Origin: a virus
Taxonomy: Duplodnaviria; Heunggongvirae; Uroviricota; Caudoviricetes
Virus record (IMG/VR): IMGVR_UViG_3300042934_000212
DNA: 64,000 bases
Strand: one strand, 5' to 3'
The position numbers and the translations under genes are program-made. Below the pieces are notes generated by a model that was not told the origin of the DNA, searched no databases, and saw only the letters and a program-made list of their open reading frames with translations. Below are positions 23,321 to 33,284 of the stretch, in pieces; positions within the stretch are counted from its first letter, which is position 1, and every line of letters starts with the position of its first letter.

Positions 23321-24585
23321 AATAGACATTATAGCCTATTCATTGCTATAATATCAAAGTACTCATTAATCTGAGTAACTTCTTTTAATTTATCTCGTAC
23401 TTGATCCATATCAGTGAATTCAAATACTGAGGTTATAATTTGTGAATCAGTTTCTTCTACTGGTCCACGATATTCTTCATTGTAATAGTTATGTCTACTT
23501 GGATAGTAGCTGTACTGATAACGTACAAAGTACTTAAACATTACAATAATCCAATAAATTCAATTGTTATCCACATTGGATCAACATTCGCCAAAATAAT
23601 ATCTTCATCTGTATAATCAAGTAAACTTGCACCAGTACGAAGTACATTAAGCTTTTTAGCTACTGCAACTTGAACTTCCCATGCTTCAGCAAAATCTTGT
23701 TCAATTTCAATGATTATTGCGTCAGTACTTGGTTCAGCACCGCGTTTCATCGCATCTTCAGTACTTAATCCTTCACCTAATCCAAAGGCAAATTGTGGTA
23801 CTGAATATTTTACATAATATCTTTTCATTTACTTCCCATTAAAAATAGGACGGGTTGCGTTGCGTTCTTCGTTAACAACCAAATATCCTTTCATGGTCAT
23901 ACAACCTTGGATATATCCTAACCAGCGATGCTTTTTAGTTTCTGTCATATCATCACGTGATAGTTCAGTTAACATCCAAGCAAGATGTGAGTCATCAGTT
24001 GGATGTTCAGAGTTGGATACTGGAACGGTATTAAGCATTTCGTAGTAACGCTGCCTTAAATCATTATAGAAATTACCATGAATAGGCTTACTACGGTGCT
24101 GTTCTTCTTTGAAGAGTTCATATGCTAGATTAACTGAACGTGAATAAAGATCAAAATCTAGTTCTTCTAGTGTACCACTACCTAAAAATAGATGGTCAAA
24201 TAGAAACAGTACTGATTTATGAACCTCTAGTTTTCTGGTTGATGCTAGATCATAAATCCGGTCAGGTTCACGAAAGTACATTTCAAATGCTTTACGTGCC
24301 TGTGCAATTTCAGAACTATTCATCGTCATCCTCACCTTCCTGCATATCACGAAAACGCTTCATGATTTCTTCAATAAAAATTAGGGCTTCTTCTTCGGTT
24401 AGATCGTCGGGAATCTCTAGAACTAGACTACCGTGCTCTTGACCGCTTTCCATCATGTCCTTAAGACATTTATCGATTTCATCAGCGAAATCTTCAGCAG
24501 TCTTTGTTTTAGGTTGGATAAGTTCTTCTTGTGGTTGATAACCGAAGTGGAAAAAACGACGTTTCATTTATATCTCATTAAAGGC

Positions 24586-24648
24586 TGGAATCTGTTTTGA
24601 GTTTTTCAATTAACAGTTGATTTCATTTATGGTTGCTGTTAGATTCCA
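24586..24648 (-). ncRNA. CAGCA-stem mini RNA displaying an Asn(GUU) anticodon-like hairpin
   Basis: TGGAATCT-AA-CAGCAA...TCAA-CTGTTAA-TTGA...AGATTCCA. Confidence 0.7.
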
Positions 24649-24655
24649 AATTTTG

Positions 24656-24985
24656 TTATTTAAGTTTAATTACTGAAGCAATTTCAGTCATCAACTCAGT
24701 GGTAAATTCAATACCAAATACTTCACTATAACGTTTAGCAGTACGTTCTAACCAATTAGTACTTTTGGTTGTGAAACCGTACATGACGTTTTTAGCTGCG
24801 TTGTTATAAGCATTCCACGGATCGTTAGATGATGCATTTAAGCGACCCCAATCAGTTAGTGCAATGAAGCCGTGTGCTGATTCTTTACCCCGAAGTACAT
24901 TATATACTACATGTTCTTCAACAGTATGTTCTGTGTTGCTTTTCCAGGTGCTGATTACGGTGATGTATTGTTCTTTAGTTAACAT
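24656..24985 (-). CDS. Hypothetical protein downstream of the amber-containing leader
   Basis: 109 aa, HVVYNVLRGK...GF motif; AAGGA RBS. Confidence 0.8.
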   Translation of the reverse strand: MLTKEQYITVISTWKSNTEHTVEEHVVYNVLRGKESAHGFIALTDWGRLNASSNDPWNAYNNAAKNVMYGFTTKSTNWLERTAKRYSEVFGIEFTTELMTEIASVIKLK

Positions 24986-25071
24986 GGTGTTATTCCTTTT
25001 ATATAATTTAATTTAGTGTTTTGTTCTGAATTAAATTTTTCAGGAGGACCAGTACTGAATTTCTATAGCAT
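24979..25071 (-). promoter_or_regulatory. Putative leader peptide ML*KFSTGPP... with in-frame TAG at codon 3
   Basis: AAGG RBS, ATG CTA TAG AAA TTC AGT ACT GGT CCT CCT...; frame stays open to a TAA overlapping the start of the 24985 gene. Confidence 0.6.
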
Positions 25072-25100
25072 AGTTGCTTACCTTTTGTTTGTTTAGTTTG

Positions 25101-25173
25101 AGCGAGTAATCGGATTCGAACCGATGTGACCGACTTGGAAGGACAGCATATTAAACCACTATATGATACCCGC
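25101..25173 (-). tRNA. tRNA-Gly(UCC)
   Basis: GCGGGTA acceptor, CTTCCAA loop, U73; tail CAA. Confidence 0.85.
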
Positions 25174-25582
25174 TAGGATGTACTGCCGCTGCCAGTACTG
25201 CACATACTTAATCTTTACGATTTGACCTGTACAGGTGCTACGCGGGTTGCGTTCGATAATTTTACAAGCAGGGCAACTCATACCAGCTTGTTTCACAAGG
25301 AAATGAAATCTTTTAAATTAAGGTTTCTGAAACTTCTACATTACTTACACTATAGTAACGGTCATACTCTGAAGTTTTCTTTTCATAATGTGCAATGAAC
25401 TTACGCTCTGCATGATCTTCATCAAGAGCATAAACAATGTGCGACTTATTATAAGTTCTTGGTTCATCAACCATATAATCGCTAATTACCACTTTACCCG
25501 TTACGAAGTATGCAAGCATATCTTGTACTGGAGTTGTGTTACCATATTCTTCTTCGAACATAATTTACCTTATTTTATTTTG

Positions 25583-25656
25583 CAGGAGATGGTGGATTCG
25601 AACCACCGATACCGATTTCAAAGACCGGTGCATTAGGCCATCTATGCTAATCTCCT
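25583..25656 (-). tRNA. tRNA-Gln(UUG)
   Basis: CCGGT-CTTTGAA-ATCGG; tail CAA. Confidence 0.88.
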
Positions 25657-25661
25657 AAGAC

Positions 25662-25715
25662 TAGAATCTATCTTTTTTCATATATCCAATGAGTTTTGAT
25701 TGCTGTTAGATTCTA
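25662..25715 (-). ncRNA. CAGCA-stem mini RNA
   Basis: TAGAATCT-AA-CAGCAA...TCAT-TGGATAT-ATGA...AGATTCTA. Confidence 0.7.
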
Positions 25716-25980
25716 AATTTTTATTCTACTTCATGTTCCCAAATCAGTACTGCTTGCTCTAAGATAGTAGTATCACCATAATAGGTTTCAAGAGTATAAG
25801 GGTAAGTTTTCTGGTGCCAGATTGTCTTTTGTGGGTCAGTCCATATATGTTTTAACATATCAGATACCACAAAAATGTTATCACCGTCTACACCGATATA
25901 ATCATCTTCACGACCTTCTCGTTGTAGTAAATACATTTTAATTTTTTTCATTTAACGTCACCGTTTATCTAAATTAAAAC

Positions 25981-26034
25981 TAGAATCCATCTTGTTTCAT
26001 ATATCCAATGATGTTTGATTGCTGTTAGATTCTA
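25981..26034 (-). ncRNA. CAGCA-stem mini RNA (near duplicate of 25662-25715)
   Basis: TAGAATCT-AA-CAGCAA...GGATTCTA; the stem change keeps pairing as U-G. Confidence 0.7.
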
Positions 26035-26166
26035 AAAGAGAAAGTTTCAAATTGAGTTTACAGAAAGATTTTCAAGATCTTAATACGTATTCTATTCCAA
26101 CCTTATAGGATAACATGCTATCCGTATTGCACCATAGTACGCCTGGTGAATTTGAAACAAATTTTG

Positions 26167-26239
26167 CGATCACGGCTGGATTTGAACCAGCGACCACTCG
26201 CTTAACAGGCGAACGCTCTAACCACTGAGCTACGTAACC
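26167..26239 (-). tRNA. tRNA-Asn(GUU)
   Basis: TTCGC-CTGTTAA-GCGAG; G73; tail CAA. Confidence 0.9.
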
Positions 26240-26258
26240 ATTTGTATTTCTTACTTAT

Positions 26259-26287
26259 ATTATACCACAAAATTTTGCGGCGTTTCA
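26259..26287 (-). promoter_or_regulatory. Phage promoter TGAAAC-N17-TATAAT
   Basis: Directly upstream of tRNA-Asn. Confidence 0.7.
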
Positions 26288-26938
26288 TTTATTTCAGTAC
26301 TAATATCAATTTAATAATAAGGCCATATCGGTCGTTGCGACAATTTATATAACCCCTGCGTGTACTTTCGGAGTAATTAATTCCTATCCTAAACGATGTT
26401 ATTTGCCTGCTGATAAATTATTCTAGAAGTAATTTAACGCACTTATTATTAAATTATTATTAGTACTGAAAAATATTTTACATATTAAAAAGACCGTAAC
26501 CAAAGCTCATATTCAAATCGCCCCAATACCCGTTGAAGTTTGGTACTTCATCATCAACGAATTTGAATTCAAACTGTAATTCAGTCTGTGCAATACGCAT
26601 AATAAGAACTGCTAGTGCATGTGGTTCTTCGAACATATAATCAGGTTCTTTATCAGTACCATCATTATATACTAAATCATCAATCTCAACACCAGCATCA
26701 GTTAATGCTTCTGCGTAGTTTGTAGGTAGACGATAATCTTCGTATTCATCAGCAATTAGAAAACGAGGGTACGCCCCTTCACTGATAACACCAATCTTAG
26801 TACCTGCATCTTTAAATGCTTGCTGTACTTCATTATTTGGTTTAGTACTTTCAATAATGAAAGATTCGGACTGATTATGACCGTCTTTAGACCAATCACC
26901 AATATGGATTTTAAAACGATGGCTCATGTTTTACCTTT

Positions 26939-27529
26939 TTAGTTTCCAAATTTAGAAATAGCTTCTTCGAGTGTATAGGAGTTTATAACCTTGATGGAAG
27001 CAACGTTGTATAATATTACAAAAACTTCACCATTATCAAACTTGTAAGTATAAGCGTCATACCCAAGCTGTGTTAATGCACGAACAAATTGTGTTGGATG
27101 ATTGTTATACCAATCATACCATACGGACATTAGTGCATCATACATACTATCTTCATTCATATAACTATCGAGTGCAGTACGAATCGCACGATTTTGGTTT
27201 TCATCCCAATTTGTATATGCTTCATCATCAGGAGTATTTTGGATTAATTTTAACAGTACTGCTTTATTAATCTTCTGACTTTTTGATAATTCTTTTCTAA
27301 TAGTTAGTTCACATTCATAAACCATACCAGTAGGAGATTTTTCACAATATCCTCTTGCAGTGATTGGGTTAGATGTAAAATATATACCAGGACCATATTC
27401 ATCGTTTCCTCTACCAACAAATTCATCACTGAATTGCGATATTGGATTTTGCGTACCATGATAATAGTAACCTGATAATTTTCCTTCCATTATGGCAGAT
27501 ATGTCTTCCATTAATTTTTTCATTTCCAT
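26939..27529 (-). CDS. ADP-ribosyltransferase-like domain protein
   Basis: YYHGT...F...YGPGIYFTS...ARGY pattern of H-Y-E type ARTs. Confidence 0.65.
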   Translation of the reverse strand: MEMKKLMEDISAIMEGKLSGYYYHGTQNPISQFSDEFVGRGNDEYGPGIYFTSNPITARGYCEKSPTGMVYECELTIRKELSKSQKINKAVLLKLIQNTPDDEAYTNWDENQNRAIRTALDSYMNEDSMYDALMSVWYDWYNNHPTQFVRALTQLGYDAYTYKFDNGEVFVILYNVASIKVINSYTLEEAISKFGN

Positions 27530-27557
27530 GATTATTACCTTAAGAGTTTATTTTTAT

Positions 27558-27911
27558 TTACTTCTTAAAGAATAACCAGCCAAAAGCTCTTACTCCTGCA
27601 TACATCAGTACTGAACGAGGTTTACCCACATTAGTATCTCTCAATGCCTGCATAAGAACTGCATCAGCTTCTTTACGCTTCAGGGTGCCATTATGGTACA
27701 GCCAATCATGCAGTGTCGCTGCGGCGTGACCACGGTCGCCTACAAGCTCAAATACTACCGGAATACGTGGAACACTTGCAAAGTCAGTTTCAAACCCTTC
27801 AGGTACAATGATAATACCGTGTTTCTTATCCTCGTAAATTAAATCCGATAGTAAACGCCACTTCTTACCTTCGTTATTAATTAACTCTACTTTTAAATGT
27901 GTAATGAACAT
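27558..27911 (-). CDS. DUF1353-family protein
   Basis: VPEGFETDFASVPR...AATLHDWLY...RKEADAVL. Confidence 0.85.
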   Translation of the reverse strand: MFITHLKVELINNEGKKWRLLSDLIYEDKKHGIIIVPEGFETDFASVPRIPVVFELVGDRGHAAATLHDWLYHNGTLKRKEADAVLMQALRDTNVGKPRSVLMYAGVRAFGWLFFKK

Positions 27912-28225
27912 CTTTTATCCTTGATTATAGTTGGTACTATAATATTTAAGAATAGATGCTCATTTTTTAGTTAATTAAACTTTTTCAATAATTACCGTAC
28001 TAGTACGTTTAACTACCGAAAAATCAACAAGAATATGATTATTACAGTTTAAGAAAATATATGCATCTTCTTCTGTTTCAAATTCTTTTGCACCAAATAG
28101 TACTGGTAAAGTTATTACTGAATTTTGAAAGCCAATGCTACTAAAAAATTCACCCGTAATATTATCTTGTAACATATATTCAGTACTTATGTTAGTAGTC
28201 ACTATATTTCCTTTGTTATAATTGC

Positions 28226-28347
28226 TGGAATTCATTTCATTTTTGACCGCTGCGTCTCCCAATTTCGCCACATGCACCGAAGTACAAGACAGGACTCGAA
28301 CCTGCAAAAAAGCTGTTTGCTATTAGTATGGTTGCTGCTGAATTCCA
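28226..28347 (-). ncRNA. Circularly permuted tRNA-like (YrlA-topology) CAGCA-stem RNA
   Basis: Terminal stem TGGAATTCA/TGAATTCCA, CAGCAA, T-arm GCAGGTTCGAGTCCTGT, acceptor-like stem closed by TTCG, D-arm GCGAAATTGGGAGACGC. Confidence 0.75.
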
Positions 28348-28357
28348 AATTTATTAC

Positions 28358-28434
28358 TGGTGGGAATAGCAGGACTCTAACCTGCGACCTCACAATTATC
28401 AGTTGTGCGTTCTAAACGACTGAACTATATTCCC
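28358..28434 (-). tRNA. tRNA-Ile(GAU) with U19-A56 variant elbow
   Basis: CACAA-CTGATAA-TTGTG; T-loop TTAGAGT; CCA. Confidence 0.88.
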
Positions 28435-29576
28435 GTATTACTTTACATATTGTACCGTCTGTTTAACCAATTATCATCGATTCGAGTACGGCGTTCTCTT
28501 TCTGCGAGTTCATCATCAAATTTCTTCACTGCTTCACAGATGCTGTCAATTTGCTCTTGAGTAGGTTCCCAAGTTTTCATGAACTCATATAGATCACTAA
28601 CTGTCATTTTACCGTCAGTACGAGGGTCTTTCACTTCAGTACTTTCAGGTTCTTCAACATGAGATTTAATGATTGGTTTAGCCATTTCCTGCCAACCACG
28701 AGGCATCCAGTTATCGTCTGCTAATTCACAAGACATTAACTCAGTTGGATTCATTGTAGTATCACCATAGAAAACATGATACAGTTCACCGTTCTTATTC
28801 AGATAAAGACGTTCATTTGATCTGAACTTTGGTAATTCAAAAAGAATACCATCTTCACCTGAATCTTGGAGTAGTTTTTTGATTTCATTAAAAGTCATCA
28901 ATTACCACGCATATTGATTCATAGAATCAAGTACTTGGTTTAGTTCTTCTAATTTAGGATCGTTGTCTTCAATGTCAAACGTTGCATAAGCAAGTTCACC
29001 ATAGAGTTTAACGTTTTGATCATAAGTTTGTTCCTGTACAATTGTTCTTGCACAAACAGCCATGTCAGTACTTTCCAAGATTTGCTTTACGATGTTTTCC
29101 ATACTGTCACCTATAAGGATATGGTACAATGTTATTCATTTCCCGAAGTATGTCGATGCAATGATTAACTTGCATTATGTCTTCGAGGTATTTTACGTAT
29201 TCTTTCAGATGCATGTGGAACTCATAACTGAAAGGAATATGTCTTATGGTACTTAACTGAAAGAACCATGATTCAGACATATCAAATGGTATATGCTTAA
29301 TTCTGAATATATCATTATCAAAGTCATCATCGTCAGTGAAATAATAATTCACGGTATAACGATTTTTGAGAAGATTAACAAACACCGCAAATGTATTATT
29401 TCCATCAGACAAATAAAAATGGATTATCCCGTTTGATGATGTATAATGATCTGAGTCATTAAACAATATCATATTAGATAATCCATTAATTGTTGATCTA
29501 CATTGTTCCGGTTTTTTCAGTACTTTAATAAAGTGGTCTTCACCATAATTATAAAATTTACTGCAAGTATCATCCA

Positions 29577-29801
29577 TTAGAATGAATCCGGTTTTGCTAC
29601 GCTCCGTACTGCTGACATAAAACCTTTCTGAAGGTCGGTCTGTGCAATGCTGAGCCAGCGTTGATCGACTTTGGGATCATCTTTTAGTTCGTTAATTAAA
29701 TCACCGACCTGAGATGCCAAATTTTTAATATTATTCATCGCATCAATCTCTGCCTGAGATAAATCGCGGTATCCTTTAATATGTTTGTGTTGATTATCCA
29801 T
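29577..29801 (-). CDS. acb2: Acb2-family cyclic-oligonucleotide sponge (anti-CBASS)
   Basis: MDNQHKHIKGYRDLSQAEIDAMNNIK...RWLSIAQTDLQKGFMSAVRSVAKPDSF closely matches the Acb2/Vs.4 family. Confidence 0.88.
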   Translation of the reverse strand: MDNQHKHIKGYRDLSQAEIDAMNNIKNLASQVGDLINELKDDPKVDQRWLSIAQTDLQKGFMSAVRSVAKPDSF

Positions 29802-29824
29802 AATCGTATTCTCTTAATTAAAAC

Positions 29825-29881
29825 TGGAATCCACAAGGTCAAAGTAAAAGTTTGAGTTTGTGTGTTTGCTGGAGGATTCCA
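29825..29881 (-). ncRNA. CAGCA-stem mini RNA displaying a Lys(UUU) anticodon-like hairpin
   Basis: TGGAATCC-TC-CAGCAA...TCAAA-CTTTTAC-TTTGA...GGATTCCA. Confidence 0.72.
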
Positions 29882-30138
29882 AAATCTGTTATTCTACGTA
29901 GCCTAGAAAACCTACATGTACTTTTTCAGTACTCTTAGTTCTCTTACCCGTTTCTTTATCTTCTGTGCTTACTTCACGCTCAAATACTATTGGCTCAAGT
30001 AGCAGAACTTTCTTTTTTGCACCGAATACTGAACTAATTTCATCATTAGACAGTTCTTCAGTACTAGTATGACGACGAAGATCACCGTCTACTTTGTAGT
30101 AGTAATCGTAATACATTTTATTTCCTTGCTTAAAAACT

Positions 30139-30181
30139 AGAATCTCTTAATATTATTTATCAATAGATGCTGCAAGATTCT
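30139..30181 (-). ncRNA. CAGCA-stem mini RNA (minimal)
   Basis: AGAATCT-TG-CAGCAT...AGATTCT. Confidence 0.55.
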
Positions 30182-30259
30182 TGGAGGGATACCAGTGGAC
30201 TCGAACCACCAACACAAGGATTTCACATCTCTGCTCTACCAATTGAGCTAGGCAACCCC
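30182..30259 (-). pseudogene. Degenerate tRNA-like gene (Phe-like body, irregular anticodon arm)
   Basis: Intact D-arm, T-arm and CCA; anticodon arm GAGATGTGAAATCCT is imperfect. Confidence 0.6.
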
Positions 30260-30271
30260 ATTACTAATTTT

Positions 30272-30362
30272 TGGTGGAAGGTCAGGGATTCGAACCCTGG
30301 GAGGGCTATTAACCCCCGACGGTTTTCAAGACCGTTGCATTAAACCACTCTGCCAACCTTCC
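30272..30362 (-). tRNA. tRNA-Ser(UGA)
   Basis: ACGGT-CTTGAAA-ACCGT, long variable arm, CCA. Confidence 0.93.
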
Positions 30363-30394
30363 AAAGAAAGTACTAGAAAGTACTTTTGTACGCT

Positions 30395-30549
30395 GAATTC
30401 TATATAATCGAACAAACTACCAATAGCACGGTTCGATATGACTTATTTATATATCCCAAGTCACCAAGTGATTACGAAGGGAATTTTACTTCCGAGTAAC
30501 CAATCCAGTATTGTATGATTTTAGATTTTTATGTTTGCAGTAAGAATTC
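30395..30549 (-). ncRNA. CAGCA-stem family RNA (CTGCA variant) with three internal hairpins
   Basis: GAATTCT-TA-CTGCAAAC...AGAATTC; internal GGTTAC/GTAATC, TGACTT/AAGTCA and ATCGAAC/GTTCGAT stems. Confidence 0.55.
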
Positions 30550-30578
30550 GTGTGCTAAAACTTTTCTAAATTAAAAAC

Positions 30579-30680
30579 AAGAATCGTGTTTTTCTGTGCC
30601 TCGTACCCAACGATAAAAGGGAATCGAACCCTAAGCGTTTCGCCAAATGAAATAAGAGTTATTTTTGCTGTGCGATTCTT
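30579..30680 (-). ncRNA. CAGCA-stem RNA with T-arm (reduced permuted tRNA mimic)
   Basis: AAGAATCG-CA-CAGCAA...AGGGTTCGATTCCCT...CGATTCTT. Confidence 0.7.
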
Positions 30681-30796
30681 TAATGAGTTGTATATATTGG
30701 TGTTCTACAGGACTAGTGATTCTCAATAAGAGACGAATGATAAGCGTCGTGTCATACCATCCTACAATAGAGCATCAGATCTGAGCAATACATACT

Positions 30797-30878
30797 TGGT
30801 GGGGCGTCCTGGATTCGAACCAGGGTGTGGTATAACGGATTTACAGTCCGTCGCATTCGACCGCTCTGCCAACTCCCC
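30797..30878 (-). tRNA. tRNA-Tyr(GUA)
   Basis: ACGGA-CTGTAAA-TCCGT; CCA. Confidence 0.92.
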
Positions 30879-30884
30879 AATTTG

Positions 30885-30956
30885 CGTTCCCACGGAGACT
30901 TGAACTCCGGTTACCTGCGTGAAAGGCAAGTGTCCTAACCACTAGACGATGGGAAC
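30885..30956 (-). tRNA. tRNA-Glu(UUC)
   Basis: CTTGC-CTTTCAC-GCAGG; tail CAA. Confidence 0.9.
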
Positions 30957-31131
30957 ATTTTTTATTTCAATGTCCACTCTTTACTTTTCTCTGTATCTTT
31001 TGATACGTCAAAACCAAGGGCTTCCATTACTTCAGACAGATTGTTATTAGCAATACCATCTAAGATTTTTGATAAAATCTTCATATTTTCTTCAGAGGAC
31101 ATATGTCATTCCAAATTAAAATTAAAGGACT

Positions 31132-31253
31132 GAAATCTTTTCTATACGGTCATCCAGACACAGCCGTTATACATAGCAACGTGGCTGCTGGGGGATCGAA
31201 CCCCACCGTTTTTCATAGCAGGAAAAATTGTTTTGTGTTTGCTGTAAGATTTC
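31132..31253 (-). ncRNA. Circularly permuted tRNA-like CAGCA-stem RNA with Ser(GCU) anticodon-like hairpin
   Basis: GAAATCTT-A-CAGCAA, TTTTTC-CTGCTAT-GAAAAA, T-arm TGGGGTTCGATCCCCCA, CAGCC/GGCTG, GTC-TGGAT-GAC, AAGATTTC. Confidence 0.7.
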
Positions 31254-31383
31254 GTGTTGCTTTTGTGCAGCGACAAGGATTTGAACCTACGTGATATTAA
31301 GAGAAACCTTCTCTACTTAATTCATTACCAGTGATCGATTTACTAATGAATCTTGTCAATCACCATCCCGCTTAACTACTTAT

Positions 31384-31412
31384 ATTATACCACATTTTTT
31401 TCTGCTGTTTCA
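31384..31412 (-). promoter_or_regulatory. Phage promoter TGAAAC-N17-TATAAT
   Basis: Upstream of the 30.1-31.4 kb RNA cluster. Confidence 0.65.
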
Positions 31413-32086
31413 TATTTCTTCAAAGTATTTCGAAAAGATATTCCATCAGAAGTATATTCCTGTGGTAGTAATGGATTCTGAGTATTATTTATATCGTTTA
31501 TCATTATAGGAACAAATGATATACGAACAAATGTCCGTACTTTAGCAGTACTCTCAGATGGACGCCGATGTAATATATAAGGATCTAAACAGTACATTAC
31601 ATTAGGTTTGCATTGCTTAACTTCTTCAGTAATGTGTTCCTGTAAAAAGAAATTAACATTGTGAACTAAAGGATCAAAATCATCAGGAAACTTAACAGAT
31701 ACATTGGTGTATTCAGTAGGAATACTATTAGTCCAAATATAATTCTGTTCAGGAACATGTGGTACTTTAGTACTGAAGCCGTCAACATGCCATTCATCAT
31801 CGGTAACTGACTTAACCTTACCATGACGAACAGTAATATAACAAAATTGCTTTTCAACCTGTACTGCATTCAGTTGATGCATCAATGCTTCGATAACTAA
31901 AGGCTGGAGCCATTTTAGTTCAGGTGGAATGTTTAAGTTATTTCCATCAGCACTAACACACATACGTAATACGTACTGAGTATCGTGTGGACATTCTATG
32001 AGAATTTTAGATAATTCAATTGGCTCAACATTATTTTCAAATTCTAATACTGAAACTAATTGTTTTGCACGACCAACAATACTCAT
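31385..32086 (-). CDS. Putative 2OG-Fe(II)/DSBH-fold oxygenase-like protein
   Basis: WHVDG (HxD), distal LHR, RTFVRISF. Confidence 0.55.
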   Translation of the reverse strand: MSIVGRAKQLVSVLEFENNVEPIELSKILIECPHDTQYVLRMCVSADGNNLNIPPELKWLQPLVIEALMHQLNAVQVEKQFCYITVRHGKVKSVTDDEWHVDGFSTKVPHVPEQNYIWTNSIPTEYTNVSVKFPDDFDPLVHNVNFFLQEHITEEVKQCKPNVMYCLDPYILHRRPSESTAKVRTFVRISFVPIMINDINNTQNPLLPQEYTSDGISFRNTLKKYETAEKNVV

Positions 32087-33284
32087 GTGTACCTCTCAAT
32101 TAAAAAAGGGCTTTCGCCCTTAGTCTAGAATAACTTCTTCAGTACCTTTACGTTTAGGAGCAGATGCTTCCTGAACTGGAACTGATTCGTTTGAATCCAG
32201 ACTTTGTTCAAGTTTAACTACACGCTTGAACGTTTTGATTTTTGGTTTGTAGCAAGACCATTCGTTACTGTTAGATGCACCGTACTTAGCAAGGTTTGCA
32301 TATGCATAGTACTTGTTACCTGTCCAGATTTCACCTGCTTTCTTACCAGTTTCTTTATCAGTGAATGACAATGATTTCTCAAGCCGTTGCACATCAAGAA
32401 GACCTGCTTCATGCTTATCAAGAAGAAGATTGATTTTGGTATCAGCTTCTTCGTTGTAAGTCATCGATGACATTAAAAATTGTGCAACCTTAAGACGGTT
32501 GGTTCCCATTGCTGATGTTACAATCAACATATACACAACGAAAACCGCCAAACAAGCTGCAACGCCATACAGAATATAAAGACCCATTGTTAACTCCGTT
32601 AAGAAATAATTTCGAGAATAACCTTTTCTTTGAGTTCGTTAAAGGTCAGTTGAAGACCTCGAATCTCATAGATAAGGTTCCACTTTAACTTAGAAACATT
32701 AGCTTGATGTTTGGTTTCATCCTTGGACTTACCTTGTTTACCTTCCAGTACTAACCATTCTTCATTAAGAAGCTGAAGTTGTCCTTTCAGAAGTTGAATG
32801 CGTTTGTGGAGGTTTTTCAGATCAGTTGCACTTTTCATGATATGTTCCCGTTTCTAACTTAAAAGATACCGCCAACTTAGTTGACGGTATTTCAAACTTT
32901 ACGTTATATTTTTATTTTACTTAGTATAACGTGGCTTTTGATTTGCTTTGCGGAGTTCGTGAAGCTCGTTGTTTAGCTTCTTTTTCCAATCAAGAAGATG
33001 TGCGAAAAGAATCTTCTTATCGCTGTTTGCATATGGAGCTAAAAGCTCGTCTGCTTGAGCAATCTGGAACTTGATATAGTTCTCAGTACGCATGAATTCC
33101 TGGCGAGCGATTTCTGCGTCAAGTTCTTCGGTGCTCATATCAGCGATGTTCTTAGTCATAATCTTTTAATACCTTTTTATAAATTTTTAAATAGTAACTT
33201 CAAAATAAAGTTTACCGGAAATACGCTTTACATCCGTCGATGCTGAACATTATACTTAACTTTTTATTATTGTCAAGCACTTTT

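Noticed and set aside
25175-25281. Small Cys-containing ORF faintly like ribosomal protein L36 (SCPACKIIERN)
   Set aside because: Similarity is limited to a few residues, the rest of the motif is absent, and the frame runs into tRNA-Gly.
31265-31372. tRNA gene
   Set aside because: Only a degenerate T-arm and some hairpins; no consistent acceptor or anticodon. It may be an ncRNA but is not supportable.
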